The notes under the pieces are model-generated. The model was given only the letters and a program-made list of their open reading frames with translations. It made no database searches and was not told where the DNA came from. DNA of 64,000 bases, from positions 64,001 through 128,000 of IMG/VR virus record IMGVR_UViG_3300037797_000117, one strand, 5' to 3'. This stretch comes from a virus. Shown here one piece after another: positions 8,897 through 18,294 of this stretch. How positions within the stretch are numbered: the first letter of the stretch is position 1; the number at the start of each line of letters is the position of its first letter. The position numbers and the translations under genes are program-made.

Positions 8897-9559
8897 ATGG
8901 TCACCACCCTCGATCGGACGTTCCACCACCCGATCAGCCTGACCTGCTCCGACCACCGCAGCATGTCTCGATGGCCTACCTACGCGGCGGGTCTCGGCGA
9001 GCTGCTCAGGAGCTGTTGGGCCTGCGACGCGACGTGGAGGAACCTCCAGGACCCGAACGGGGACTGCTGGGCCCGTTCCCACCTCGACTGGCCACTCGAC
9101 GAGGTCATCGCGGGCACTGCCCACCACGAGGCTGCACACACCGTTGCCGTGCTCCTCGCCGGGCAGCGGGTGGACGAGGTCGTCGTGCGCCGGGATCCGG
9201 ACGTAGACGTCTCGACCGACCCATCCGGGTGGGTCAGATGGAATTCGACGCGGACCAAGGTCGACGTGATGGACCACCTGGTCGTGTGCTGGGCCGGGCA
9301 GATGGCAGGCCTTCGGTACCTGGAGGAGATCGGCCGGGACACCCCAACCGACCGGTTCGACATCATCCACGGTTCGTCCGACGACGCGGGCCAGGCCTAC
9401 AAGCTGGCCGCCGACCATGGCCTGCCGGAAGACGCCGGGATGCGCGCGGCCCGGCTGATCGTGCGAAGCGAGTGGGCCACGATCGCCCGGCTGGCCCGGG
9501 AGCTGTGCACCCGCGGCCGGCTGGACGACACCGAGGTGCGGGCCATCGTCGGGCTCTGA
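8897..9559 (+). CDS. zincin metallopeptidase (M41/FtsH protease domain-like)
   Basis: HEAAH motif, WAG, GSSDD, and C-terminal IARLARELCTRGRLDDTEVRAI. Confidence 0.75.
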   Translation: MVTTLDRTFHHPISLTCSDHRSMSRWPTYAAGLGELLRSCWACDATWRNLQDPNGDCWARSHLDWPLDEVIAGTAHHEAAHTVAVLLAGQRVDEVVVRRDPDVDVSTDPSGWVRWNSTRTKVDVMDHLVVCWAGQMAGLRYLEEIGRDTPTDRFDIIHGSSDDAGQAYKLAADHGLPEDAGMRAARLIVRSEWATIARLARELCTRGRLDDTEVRAIVGL

Positions 9560-9607
9560 CCCGGCGGGTTCCGTTGTGCAGTTGGTGAACACCCCGACAT
9601 CACCATA

Positions 9608-9637
9608 TTGTGCCGTACCCCGGTTTCGATGTACTGT
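9608..9637 (+). promoter_or_regulatory. operator-promoter copy 7
   Basis: TTGTGC-N18-TACTGT; spacer CGTACCCCGGTTTCG. Confidence 0.7.
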
Positions 9638-9695
9638 CTGTCTATCGGCAGCGCGCCACACGGCAGCAGCGCCACAGACTTTCCGGGAGATCCCG

Positions 9696-10385
9696 ATGAC
9701 CACCAGCACCGCTACCCAGCAGGACAGCACCGCCGGAAACTTCACCTACTACATCGCCAGGACCATCGTTCTCGGCTTCGCCATCGGCTGTCTCTACTTC
9801 TCCTTCGACCACACCATCCACCTGGCCCACATGCTCGGCGCCACCGGCACCCAGGCCTACACCGCCCCCGCCTTCGTCGACGGCTTCATGTTGCTTGGCC
9901 GCCTCGGCATGAGCGCCAAGTTCGACGCCGCCACCAACAAGATCGGCCGCCGGATGATGGTCGTCGGCGCCCTGATCTCCCTCGCCGCGAACATCGCCGC
10001 CGGCCAGACCCTCGGCGGCCGCATTCTCGGCGCGGCCGTGGTGATCGGCTTCCTCGTGACCGAGTGGTACGCCGGCAAGCTCAAGCCCGCTCCCGCCCCG
10101 GCCCCGACCGTCACCCCCGACGAGCAGGCCGCGATCGACCTGGCCGCCAAGCGTTCCGCCGCCGCCCGCAAGGCCGCCGAAACCCGCAAGGCGAACCAGG
10201 CCGCCAAGCCCACCCGCAAGCCCCGCACCCGCAAGCCCGCCGCCGCCAAGACCCACCCGGTCGCCGCGATCCAGGCCCTGACCCCCCAGCAGATCAACGA
10301 CGCCCCGGTCTCCCCCGCCCCGTGGATGGGCCCGAGCCTGGTCATCGCGAAGACCACCGCTGACATCCGGAACCTGACCAACTAA
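9696..10385 (+). CDS. DUF2637/SpdA-like plasmid spread membrane protein
   Basis: SFDH..HLA...P.FVDG...ISLAANIA 4-TM pattern and a Lys/Ala-rich tail. Confidence 0.7.
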   Translation: MTTSTATQQDSTAGNFTYYIARTIVLGFAIGCLYFSFDHTIHLAHMLGATGTQAYTAPAFVDGFMLLGRLGMSAKFDAATNKIGRRMMVVGALISLAANIAAGQTLGGRILGAAVVIGFLVTEWYAGKLKPAPAPAPTVTPDEQAAIDLAAKRSAAARKAAETRKANQAAKPTRKPRTRKPAAAKTHPVAAIQALTPQQINDAPVSPAPWMGPSLVIAKTTADIRNLTN

Positions 10386-10456
10386 CCCAGCACCACCCCG
10401 GGGTCGGCACCCGCCGGCCCCGGGACTTCCCCCCGTTCCGAGAGGACACGCCCGAC

Positions 10457-10642
10457 ATGAACGAGGACAACGACCGCAGGCCGACCGCAGAGCAGACGAT
10501 CCGGATGGCAGCCCTTATCGCCGCCGCTGAGATTGCCCCCTCCGGCCTCGGGATCGCCCGCCTGACCGACACCGCGAGCATCCTGGCCGCGTGGATCACA
10601 ACCGGCCAACTTCCCCGGCCCGAGCCGGGCACCTACTACTAG
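10457..10642 (+). CDS. small hypothetical protein
   Basis: GAGGA RBS; 61 aa. Confidence 0.5.
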   Translation: MNEDNDRRPTAEQTIRMAALIAAAEIAPSGLGIARLTDTASILAAWITTGQLPRPEPGTYY

Positions 10643-10670
10643 ACCGGACCGCACCCCGAAGGAGCCCACG

Positions 10671-10994
10671 ATGACCACCACGACCGCCACGACCTACGGT
10701 GCCGAGTTCGGATTCACCGCCCAGACCGACGGGATCAGGGCGTTCGTGAACGACGCCGGCTACACCGCCGACGAGGCCGGCGCCGTGTTCGATGCCTTGC
10801 TGGCCGCGTTCCGTTCCGTGGTCGACGGACGGCTCCCGGACGGGGTGTTGTGGCAGCCGATCACGAGCGAGTTCATCCACCCGGTCGACGTCGACCTGCC
10901 CGACCGGGACGAGATGACCGAGCTGTTCCGGGAGGCGTGGGCCGCGACCGCAGATCGGATCGAGGCGATCGAGTCGGAGGTTCTTGGCGCCTGA
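10671..10994 (+). CDS. hypothetical acidic protein
   Basis: AAGGAG RBS; 107 aa. Confidence 0.7.
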   Translation: MTTTTATTYGAEFGFTAQTDGIRAFVNDAGYTADEAGAVFDALLAAFRSVVDGRLPDGVLWQPITSEFIHPVDVDLPDRDEMTELFREAWAATADRIEAIESEVLGA

Positions 10995-10996
10995 AC

Positions 10997-11040
10997 ACAC
11001 AGCGACGCCCCCCCGGGATCCCGGGGGGCCGTCGCTGTGT
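10997..11040. terminator. bidirectional terminator-like inverted repeat
   Basis: ACACAGCGACG CCCCCCGGGATCCCGGGGGG C CGTCGCTGTGT between convergent genes. Confidence 0.65.
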
Positions 11041-11051
11041 GTAACGAGGAT

Positions 11052-11180
11052 CGTCCGTACGTACGGACGGACGTACGGTTCCACCAAAAACAAGGGAGGG
11101 GGGTCTTACGCGAGCCCAGGGCCCCCTCTGAGGGGGGCGTACGTCCGTACGTACGTACGTCCGTACGGACAACCGTACGA
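11052..11180. repeat. two clusters of tetranucleotide CGTA/CGTC/CGGA repeats
   Basis: CGTCCGTACGTACGGACGGACGTACG and CGTACGTCCGTACGTACGTACGTCCGTACGGAC flanking a G/C-run hairpin. Confidence 0.8.
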
Positions 11181-11237
11181 TACTCACGGTGACATGTCGG
11201 TGGGCGGGGGCATGCCGTCCGACAACCGTGGGAAGCG

Positions 11238-11549
11238 CTATTCCTGAACTTCGTTGCCGCCGTCCGCATGCCCGTCGACCGGGTCTGTCTGGTCCGCGCG
11301 GCTGCGTTCCTGCCCGGCCAACTGGGCCTCCAGCTCGCGGCGTTTCGCCAGAGCAGCAGAGCGGGGGATCCGCGCCCACCGCTTGTCACCCAGCCGGACG
11401 TGCAGCAGTTCTGGCGGGTCGCTGCCGATCATCGCGATGACCTGCCGGCGGGTGGTGCCGTAGCCGATGACCGCCGCCGCCTCCCCTGTAGTCAGCATTT
11501 CGCCTTCCCACGCGGGATGGTCCTGGTCGGGTACCGGCGTATCCGTCAT
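11238..11549 (-). CDS. HTH_17/Xis-like (MerR-type) DNA-binding protein, candidate tra regulator
   Basis: MLTTGEAAAVIG...RRQVIAMI...WARIPRSAA; divergent from the spd-like gene. Confidence 0.7.
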   Translation of the reverse strand: MTDTPVPDQDHPAWEGEMLTTGEAAAVIGYGTTRRQVIAMIGSDPPELLHVRLGDKRWARIPRSAALAKRRELEAQLAGQERSRADQTDPVDGHADGGNEVQE

Positions 11550-11646
11550 AAGCACGTTTGCCCCCTTCGTTCCTGGTGTGGCCGGTCGCCGGTTCGCGTC
11601 CGGCCGACCGCACACACGTCCACGATCAACTGTCCCCCACCGGTAT

Positions 11647-11708
11647 GACAAAGGTACCGAAGTTACCCGACATACCGAGTGACCAAAGCTGCCAAAGTTT
11701 CCGACAGT
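11647..11708. promoter_or_regulatory. tandem imperfect 9-bp repeats, candidate operator
   Basis: GACAAAGGT ACCGAAGTT ACCCGACAT ACCGAGTG ACCAAAGCT GCCAAAGTT TCCGACAGT in a divergent intergenic region. Confidence 0.5.
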
Positions 11709-11724
11709 ATGTCATGATGAGCGC

Positions 11725-13368
11725 ATGGAGCGGAACACCGAACACGGAGCGCCGAAGAGTGCCGAATCGGCCCCCGGCGGTACCGCAGTACCCGCGGTAC
11801 CGGTGACCCCCGGTACCGCGGTACCGGTACCGCCCGCGGCCCGGCCGGTACCGGCACACCGCGCCCCGGTACCGACGACCGACACCGGCGGTACCAGTAC
11901 CGACAGCGGTACCGGTACCGCCGGCCGGTACCGCTGGTACCACCGGCTCGGCCGCCGGTACCGCCACACCGGTACCGGTACTGCCACCGCCGGTACCAGC
12001 CTCGCGGTACCGGCCGACGGGGCAGTACAGGTCTTCGGTACCGGTACCGGCGACCTGGTACCGGCCGCCGGGTACCGGTACAACCCGGTCGGTACCGAAG
12101 CAACGATCCGGGCCCACCTGCGCGACCTGCCGGTGCCGGCGGCCGGTACCGCCCGTCGGCACCGCAAGGCGGCGACCGGCACCACCACCGAGCCGGTGAC
12201 CTTCCTCGGCCGGATCTTCAAAGCGATCAGCACCATCTTCGAGATCGCCCCCCTGGCCGCGCCCCTGTTCGCCTCCGGCTGGTTCACCTACCTCGTCGTC
12301 ACCGACGAGTACGGCCTGAGCCAGCCGTGGCCGATCGCGGTGACCATGGTGCTCGGCCTCGAAGGTGTCGTCTGGACCCTCGCCAAGCTGTACGAGCAGC
12401 GGCTGGTCGCCGGCCACTCCACCATCGCCGACCGGCTCGGAATCCTGTTCGTCGTCAGCGCCATCGGCAGCCTCATCTACTGGCACTCCATGGTCGAGGC
12501 CAAGGCCCGCACCGCCGAGGCCAGGGCCGCCGCCGTGCTGGCCGGCATCGACCCGGACTTCGTCGTCGCCGCCAAGGCCGACTGGCGCGGTGCCGCCGTC
12601 GCCGCGTCCATGAGCGCGCTCGGCGTGTTCGTGTACGGGCGTAGGGCCAGGTGGAACCGCCGTGTCGAGCTGGAAGCCGAAGGCCGCGTCGACATGCAGG
12701 CCCTGCGGATCGGTCTCTGGCAGTGGATCGTCTCCCCCTGGGAGTCGACCTGGTCGTTCCGCCACGGCATGAAGTACCGGATCAAGCGCCCCACGGACGC
12801 GGTACGGGACTGGCGGCTGTGGAAGGAGATGGGCAAGCCCAAGCTGTGGCCGCCGGCCATGACCGCCGGTACCACCGGCACCAGCACCGACGAGACGGTA
12901 CCGGTACCGGCGTGGATGCTCGCCGAGCTACTCGGCAACGCCGCCGGTACCGGTACCGGCGGGGACCTGGTCGGTACCGGGTACCCGGTACCGACCTCGC
13001 CCGGCCCGGCCGGTACCGGTACCGGCGGTACGAGCTACGTACCGGTACCGCCGGCGAGCGTTGGCGGTACCGCGACCCGTACCGCCTCCGGCCCGGCCGG
13101 TACCGGAGCGCGCGGTCCCGGCGGTACCGGTACCGGTACCGCCGGGGACTCGGTGACGATCAGCCAGTACCGGCAGCGCAACGCCCACCGTCTCGACAAG
13201 ATCCGTAAGGTGCTCGACGGTACCGACGGCCGGCCGGATTGGCGGCTCGCCCCGGAAGCCGACCTGACCCTGTCCGTCATCACGGCCGCCGGCGGGTTCA
13301 GCAACCGCACCGACGCCGCCCAGTGCAAGTCGGTCCTCCTGGCCGACCGGCAGCGGGAAGGCGGATAA
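11725..13368 (+). CDS. SpdB2/DUF2637-like membrane protein with GGTACC-repeat-coded N- and C-terminal regions
   Basis: 4-TM core followed by RIGLWQWIVSPWESTWSFR; repeat-derived GT/VP/RY tracts. Confidence 0.7.
   Translation: MERNTEHGAPKSAESAPGGTAVPAVPVTPGTAVPVPPAARPVPAHRAPVPTTDTGGTSTDSGTGTAGRYRWYHRLGRRYRHTGTGTATAGTSLAVPADGAVQVFGTGTGDLVPAAGYRYNPVGTEATIRAHLRDLPVPAAGTARRHRKAATGTTTEPVTFLGRIFKAISTIFEIAPLAAPLFASGWFTYLVVTDEYGLSQPWPIAVTMVLGLEGVVWTLAKLYEQRLVAGHSTIADRLGILFVVSAIGSLIYWHSMVEAKARTAEARAAAVLAGIDPDFVVAAKADWRGAAVAASMSALGVFVYGRRARWNRRVELEAEGRVDMQALRIGLWQWIVSPWESTWSFRHGMKYRIKRPTDAVRDWRLWKEMGKPKLWPPAMTAGTTGTSTDETVPVPAWMLAELLGNAAGTGTGGDLVGTGYPVPTSPGPAGTGTGGTSYVPVPPASVGGTATRTASGPAGTGARGPGGTGTGTAGDSVTISQYRQRNAHRLDKIRKVLDGTDGRPDWRLAPEADLTLSVITAAGGFSNRTDAAQCKSVLLADRQREGG
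11779..12150. repeat. GGTACC cluster 1 (about 22 copies), candidate clt
   Basis: Counted by eye; copies fall in all three reading frames. Confidence 0.85.
12868..13224. repeat. GGTACC cluster 2 (about 17 copies), candidate clt
   Basis: Counted by eye; includes tandem GGTACCGGTACCGGTACC at 13123-13140. Confidence 0.85.
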
Positions 13369-13506
13369 AGATCGGCTAGCTGAACGGTTCCACGCCCATA
13401 GACGTGACCCTGAGCATGATCGATGCTTTACCTGGCACCACACGTACCAACTAGCACCAACCTCCCCAAACAGCCCAGATCCCGACAAGAGGAAGACGCG
13501 ACCCCC

Positions 13507-14094
13507 ATGAAAATGCTGACGGCGCAGACCCGGGCCGAATGGCACCGAGGCAACCCCCTCCCCGAACACCCGGTCCGGTCCAAGCCGGCGAGGCCGACGT
13601 TCAGGTTCCTCGACACCCGGGCGTGGCGGCTCCACACCCGCGGCGTGTGGCTCCTCGTCGCCGCGTGCCTGCCCGCCCTGTTCCTGGTGGCGTTCTGGGT
13701 GACCGCCGACGAACTCGGCATGATCGGCTGGGGCATGACCACCGCGGCGGTCCTGATGGTCGCCGTGGCCACCCTGTCCCTGTGGGCCGCCCGCGCCGTC
13801 GAGAACGCCACCCGCAACCGGGCCGACCTGAACGCCGCCGCCGAGGACGCGTTCCTGGCCTTCGACGGTGTCGGACCGGACCTTCCCCCGCCGGCCGCGG
13901 CGGCCGCCGCACCCGTCCCGACCGGTCCGCTGCCGACGCCCGCACCGTGGGTCGGCCCGAACATCGTCTGGCCGACCCGGCAGGAAGACATCCACGAGTC
14001 CGGCCGCGAATACGACGACTACGCGGAGCAGGTCACGGCGGAGGTCGCCGACCCGGCGCCCGCCGCCGGCCCGGCCCGACCCACCCGCCTGTAA
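13507..14094 (+). CDS. membrane protein (2 TM), transfer operon
   Basis: GAGGAAG RBS; two hydrophobic helices. Confidence 0.6.
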   Translation: MKMLTAQTRAEWHRGNPLPEHPVRSKPARPTFRFLDTRAWRLHTRGVWLLVAACLPALFLVAFWVTADELGMIGWGMTTAAVLMVAVATLSLWAARAVENATRNRADLNAAAEDAFLAFDGVGPDLPPPAAAAAAPVPTGPLPTPAPWVGPNIVWPTRQEDIHESGREYDDYAEQVTAEVADPAPAAGPARPTRL

Positions 14095-14106
14095 CCCGAC
14101 CAAGAG

Positions 14107-15597
14107 GTGAATATCGTGAGCACCCCTCAGAACGTTCCGACCCAGCCGGCCGGGCACGGGCCCTACCCGGTGTACCCGGTCGTTCCGGGTGCACCCGTGC
14201 CCGGCACCCCGGGCACGCCCGGAGCCCGGCCCCGCGGGGATGCGGCGTCCCGGATCCAGCGGATGCCGCTCGGGCCGCTGGTGGCCTCGGCTGGCCTGAT
14301 CAGCCTGATCGTCGTCCTGGTCCTGTTCGAGCTGTTCCCGCCGATGATCGCCCTGATGATTCTGTGTGTCCTGATCCTGCTGGCCATCGGGATCTGGTAC
14401 CTGCGTCAGCGCCGCGCCGCCCGCCGCCGCCCCGGCCCCGCCGGTGCGCGCGGCGGGGCTGCCGGGCCGGGTACCCGCCGCGGCGGGAACCCGATCAGCC
14501 GCATGCTCGGCGGCCGCGGTGCCCGCCCCGGTGGTGCCGGCGGCCGCCCGGGCGGTGGCGGGCTGCGCGGGATGTTGCCCCGCGCGCTCGGCGGAACCCG
14601 GGGACGCCCCGGCGGCGGCACCCCCGGCGGTGCGCGGGCTGCGGGTGGCCGCCCCGGCGGCAAACTCAACCCGCTCAACTGGGGTCGCAACCGGGCAGCC
14701 GGTCGCGGCCCTACCACCGGTCCGGGCGGCAGCAAGGCCCCCGGCCGGTTCAACCCGTTCAGCCGGAGCCGCGGCGCGGCCGGCCCGGGTGGTGGACGGC
14801 CCGGGGGCGGCGCTCCCGGCGGTGGGGGACTCGGCAGGTTCAACCCGTTGAACCGGTTCCGTAGCCGGGGAGCTGGCGGCCAGCCGGCGGGGGCCAAGCC
14901 CGGCGGTGGATCATCCAACTCGCCAGGAAGATCCCCCGGTGGTAGCGGCGGCGGCCTGTTCGGGGGCAAACTGAATCCATCCAACTGGAAACGGAACAAC
15001 ACGACCGGGCGCGGCCCGGCCGGCGGGGCCTCCCCCACCGGCGGAGGCCCGGCCGGCGGCGGCGGGGGGCCGGCTCGGGGGTCCGCTGGCGGGGGACCGC
15101 CACCAGGCCCCACCCTGCGCCGCGGTGGTGGCGGCCCCCCAACGCCGCCCCCCGCCCCCCGGCCGGGCGGTTGGTCCCGACCGGGGGGTGGCGCTACCCG
15201 GCGGGCACCGGATCCGCCCGCAAGCGGCGGCGGTGGTTCAGGAAGCGGAGATGGAGGCAGTTCGGACATGGGCATTGAACTTTCCGACGACAAGGTCAGC
15301 CTCATCAAGTGGGCACTCGGGTTGAAGGCCGCCGCCGCCGCGGGCGAGGCCGAGGCCAAAAAGTGGCGTGCTCTTGCCATGCAGGCGGAACAGGAGCAGC
15401 CGACCGAAACGGCGTTGATCGAGCGGCTCCGCGCGCAGGCCACCCGCTACACGGCGGCGTTCGAGCGGATGAGCAAGTGGTACGAAACCATCAAAAAGCA
15501 GAACGAGCCCGACTTCAGGGCCTACTTCACGCCGCGGCACGGGTCGCTGCATCGGGAGGCCCGGTCGGATACCCGGCGGGCGTTCGACGGCAACTAG
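14107..15597 (+). CDS. Gly/Pro-rich membrane protein with internal G(K/R)xNPxN repeats, transfer operon
   Basis: 2 TM, long Gly-rich region, helical C-terminal domain; upstream of traB. Confidence 0.65.
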   Translation: MNIVSTPQNVPTQPAGHGPYPVYPVVPGAPVPGTPGTPGARPRGDAASRIQRMPLGPLVASAGLISLIVVLVLFELFPPMIALMILCVLILLAIGIWYLRQRRAARRRPGPAGARGGAAGPGTRRGGNPISRMLGGRGARPGGAGGRPGGGGLRGMLPRALGGTRGRPGGGTPGGARAAGGRPGGKLNPLNWGRNRAAGRGPTTGPGGSKAPGRFNPFSRSRGAAGPGGGRPGGGAPGGGGLGRFNPLNRFRSRGAGGQPAGAKPGGGSSNSPGRSPGGSGGGLFGGKLNPSNWKRNNTTGRGPAGGASPTGGGPAGGGGGPARGSAGGGPPPGPTLRRGGGGPPTPPPAPRPGGWSRPGGGATRRAPDPPASGGGGSGSGDGGSSDMGIELSDDKVSLIKWALGLKAAAAAGEAEAKKWRALAMQAEQEQPTETALIERLRAQATRYTAAFERMSKWYETIKKQNEPDFRAYFTPRHGSLHREARSDTRRAFDGN

Positions 15598-15616
15598 AGC
15601 AGAAAGGTGGCCCACC

Positions 15617-15946
15617 GTGGGAACACACAGCTACGACGACCAGACCAGCACCTACAAGTGGATCAACGGCCTGAAGGGGCGGGCGGGTGGCGCTAACGTG
15701 CTCGCCCGGGGCGTCCAGATCCTCGCCCACCAGGCGCAGGACCGCCAGCCGGTAACGCCGGCGTTCGCCGCCGAAGTTGCTGCCGTATCGGCCCTCCTGG
15801 GCAAGGCATCACTCGAAGCGGGCGAACTTTTCAAGGCTGCCCGGGCAGCTCACCGCCGTGACGTTGAACGGGTGGAGAACTACCGCAAGAGCCCGGCGGT
15901 AGAGACCAACGCCGACGTCACCGCAGCCAGGCGCGACGGCATGTAG
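15617..15946 (+). CDS. hypothetical protein (TraA-like position)
   Basis: AAAGGTG RBS; immediately before traB. Confidence 0.65.
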   Translation: MGTHSYDDQTSTYKWINGLKGRAGGANVLARGVQILAHQAQDRQPVTPAFAAEVAAVSALLGKASLEAGELFKAARAAHRRDVERVENYRKSPAVETNADVTAARRDGM

Positions 15947-16016
15947 CTGTCGGTGGCCGGGCCCACCCCCGGCCACCGACCCCCGCACCACCGAGACGTT
16001 GAGGGAGGCGAGACGG

Positions 16017-18233
16017 ATGCCGATGCAGTACAACGCCACCATGTCCGGCGGCACGGCATGGGGGGCGGTCAACGGGTTCCTTACCGCCTTCGCCGTGGCC
16101 CTGCTCGGGTCCAACTGGAATCGCCTCGACCGCAACTGGGGGTGGTGGCACGACCGGTTCGGCCCGTTCCCGATCTGGTTCCCGATGGCTGTCGCCGCCG
16201 CCGCCGCGGTCGCGGCGGTCCTGGTCGGCAACCACCGCGGCACCACCGCTTCCAACATCCGCTTCCGCGCCGGGTGCTGGCTCGGCGCGGGCGTGTGGAC
16301 CACAGTCACCATCCACTACGGCTGGTCCGTGATCGGGTTCGTCATCCTTACCGTCGCCGCGGTTCTTGCGGGAACCCTCGCCCCCGCGTTCGGAACCTTC
16401 ACTCCGCCTCCGCAGCCGTCCATGGACAGCGGAAGCGAGATCACCAGACTCACCCGTTTGATCAACAAGTTTGCCAACATCAAGCCCGAAGACCAGCCGA
16501 CCTTGCAGAAGGTCCGCGACTGGGAACCGAAGGACGCCGGCGTCACCTACAAGGCAGTCGGCGCTCCCGGCACCGACTTCAGTTGGCGCACGCTGCGGGA
16601 GATCCAGATCAGGTTGGCGGCCGGGCTCGGCCTGCCGGAAGGGTGCCCGGTCCAGTCAGAGCCGGCCGGCACCACCCAGAACGAAGCCCTTGTGATGGTT
16701 TCCACCCGGAACTACCTGGCCGAAGACGTCTGGTACCCGATGGACATGACGCCGCTAACCGTCACGGAAGACTTCCCCGTCGGCCGGTTCCTTGACTCGG
16801 CACCGACCGACGTCGAGTTGCGCCAGGCCGCCGGTGTCGTGGTAGGCCAGCGCGGCGGCGGTAAGACCATGCTGCTTCACAACATCACCGCCAGCTTGAT
16901 TCGCATGCCGGACGTCGTGGTGTGGCACATCGACCTCAACGGTGGTGGCCTGTCCGCGCCGTGGACCATGCCGGTAGCGATGGGCGAGGTGCAGTACCCC
17001 GGCGTCGACTGGGTCGCGTCAACGCCCGAAGAGGCGCTGATCATGGCTGAGGTGGCGCTGGCGATCGCGAAGGACCGCAAGCGACGCTACGCCGGCGAGC
17101 TGGTACGCAGCGACGACGACGTGCTCCCCGTCCGACCCGGCCTACCGAAGATCCTCATCATTGTCGACGAGAGTGCCGAGGTCACCGGCGAAGACGCCAA
17201 GAAGAAGGCCCAGGCGGTGTCGGCGGCGTTGCAGGAGGTGCAGCGGATCGGCCGCGCCATGTGCGTCGACGTCTTCTTCTCCGTCCTGCGTGGCACCGGC
17301 GATCTGCTGCCGGCCGGAATCAAGAAGCAGGCCGTCCTGTCGTTCTGCACCCGGGTGCGCGACGAGTCGGAACTGGCGTTCGTGTTCGACTGGAAGTCGG
17401 GCCTGGACCACGAGGCGCTCAAGGAGCCCGGCCAGATGTACATGCAGCGCGGCTCCGGCGCGGTCAAGATGTTCAAGGGGTTCCGATTGAAGCCCAGCAT
17501 GATGATCGCCATCGTGCATGCCATGCAGCATGTCCGGGCCCAGGCCCAACTCGACGGCCCCGCGTTGCGGGTCGCCGGTGACGCCTACCTCCAGCGGTGG
17601 CAGCGACCCGACGCAGTTGCCTACCTGGCGGGGCTCCGCGGCGAAGACGGCCCCGACCCCGGCGACGGTGGGGGCGGCGGCTACGGCGGCCCACCCGACC
17701 CGGACCCGGACCCGTATTCGTCCGGTGGCGACCCCGGGGACGACGCGCTCGCCGAGTTCGACGCCGCCATCCGCGAGATCGAGGCGGGGGAGAAGCCGGA
17801 ATCGACCCGGCCGGCGGCACCGGTGCGGGAGGCAGCACCGGCAGCACCGGCCGGGTCGATTCCCGACGACGTGGTCCAGCGGATGCTGAACCAGATCGAG
17901 GCGCTCCCCACGACGGAGGCGCCGCTGGTAGACCCGGCCCCGGCGGCGACGACGCTGGCCGGCCCGGGCCTGCCGGGCGGCCCGGATCAGGCGTCGACCC
18001 GTGGCCCCGTCCCCCGGCGGGCGTTCATCGAGCAGCTACTCGAGCGGGCCGGTCGGGACGGGATGCGGACGGGGGACATTGTGCGGCTTGTGATGGCGTC
18101 GGGGCTGAAGGTTCGGCGCGAGGCCACGATCAAGGAGGACCTACAGGCTCTCCTTGACGCGGGGGTCATCACGCGGAACAACCCGGACGGCGGCGAGACG
18201 CACGGCATGTACTGGCTGAGCCGGCTGGTCTGA
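16017..18233 (+). CDS. traB: TraB/FtsK-SpoIIIE-like conjugative DNA translocase
   Basis: N-terminal TMs, Walker A GQRGGGKT, Walker B ILIIVDESAE, C-terminal wHTH. Confidence 0.85.
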   Translation: MPMQYNATMSGGTAWGAVNGFLTAFAVALLGSNWNRLDRNWGWWHDRFGPFPIWFPMAVAAAAAVAAVLVGNHRGTTASNIRFRAGCWLGAGVWTTVTIHYGWSVIGFVILTVAAVLAGTLAPAFGTFTPPPQPSMDSGSEITRLTRLINKFANIKPEDQPTLQKVRDWEPKDAGVTYKAVGAPGTDFSWRTLREIQIRLAAGLGLPEGCPVQSEPAGTTQNEALVMVSTRNYLAEDVWYPMDMTPLTVTEDFPVGRFLDSAPTDVELRQAAGVVVGQRGGGKTMLLHNITASLIRMPDVVVWHIDLNGGGLSAPWTMPVAMGEVQYPGVDWVASTPEEALIMAEVALAIAKDRKRRYAGELVRSDDDVLPVRPGLPKILIIVDESAEVTGEDAKKKAQAVSAALQEVQRIGRAMCVDVFFSVLRGTGDLLPAGIKKQAVLSFCTRVRDESELAFVFDWKSGLDHEALKEPGQMYMQRGSGAVKMFKGFRLKPSMMIAIVHAMQHVRAQAQLDGPALRVAGDAYLQRWQRPDAVAYLAGLRGEDGPDPGDGGGGGYGGPPDPDPDPYSSGGDPGDDALAEFDAAIREIEAGEKPESTRPAAPVREAAPAAPAGSIPDDVVQRMLNQIEALPTTEAPLVDPAPAATTLAGPGLPGGPDQASTRGPVPRRAFIEQLLERAGRDGMRTGDIVRLVMASGLKVRREATIKEDLQALLDAGVITRNNPDGGETHGMYWLSRLV

Positions 18234-18235
18234 CA

Positions 18236-18283
18236 ACCGACGAGGCACCTGCCCCAGGGTTCGGGGGCAGGTGCCTCGTCGGT
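18236..18283. terminator. bidirectional terminator hairpin
   Basis: 20-bp perfect stem ACCGACGAGGCACCTGCCCC/GGGGCAGGTGCCTCGTCGGT. Confidence 0.7.
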
Positions 18284-18294
18284 GTTTCGGTGGG

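Noticed and set aside
11779-13224. CRISPR array
   Set aside because: Repeats are 6-8 bp, irregularly spaced and inside a CDS; no cas genes in the window.
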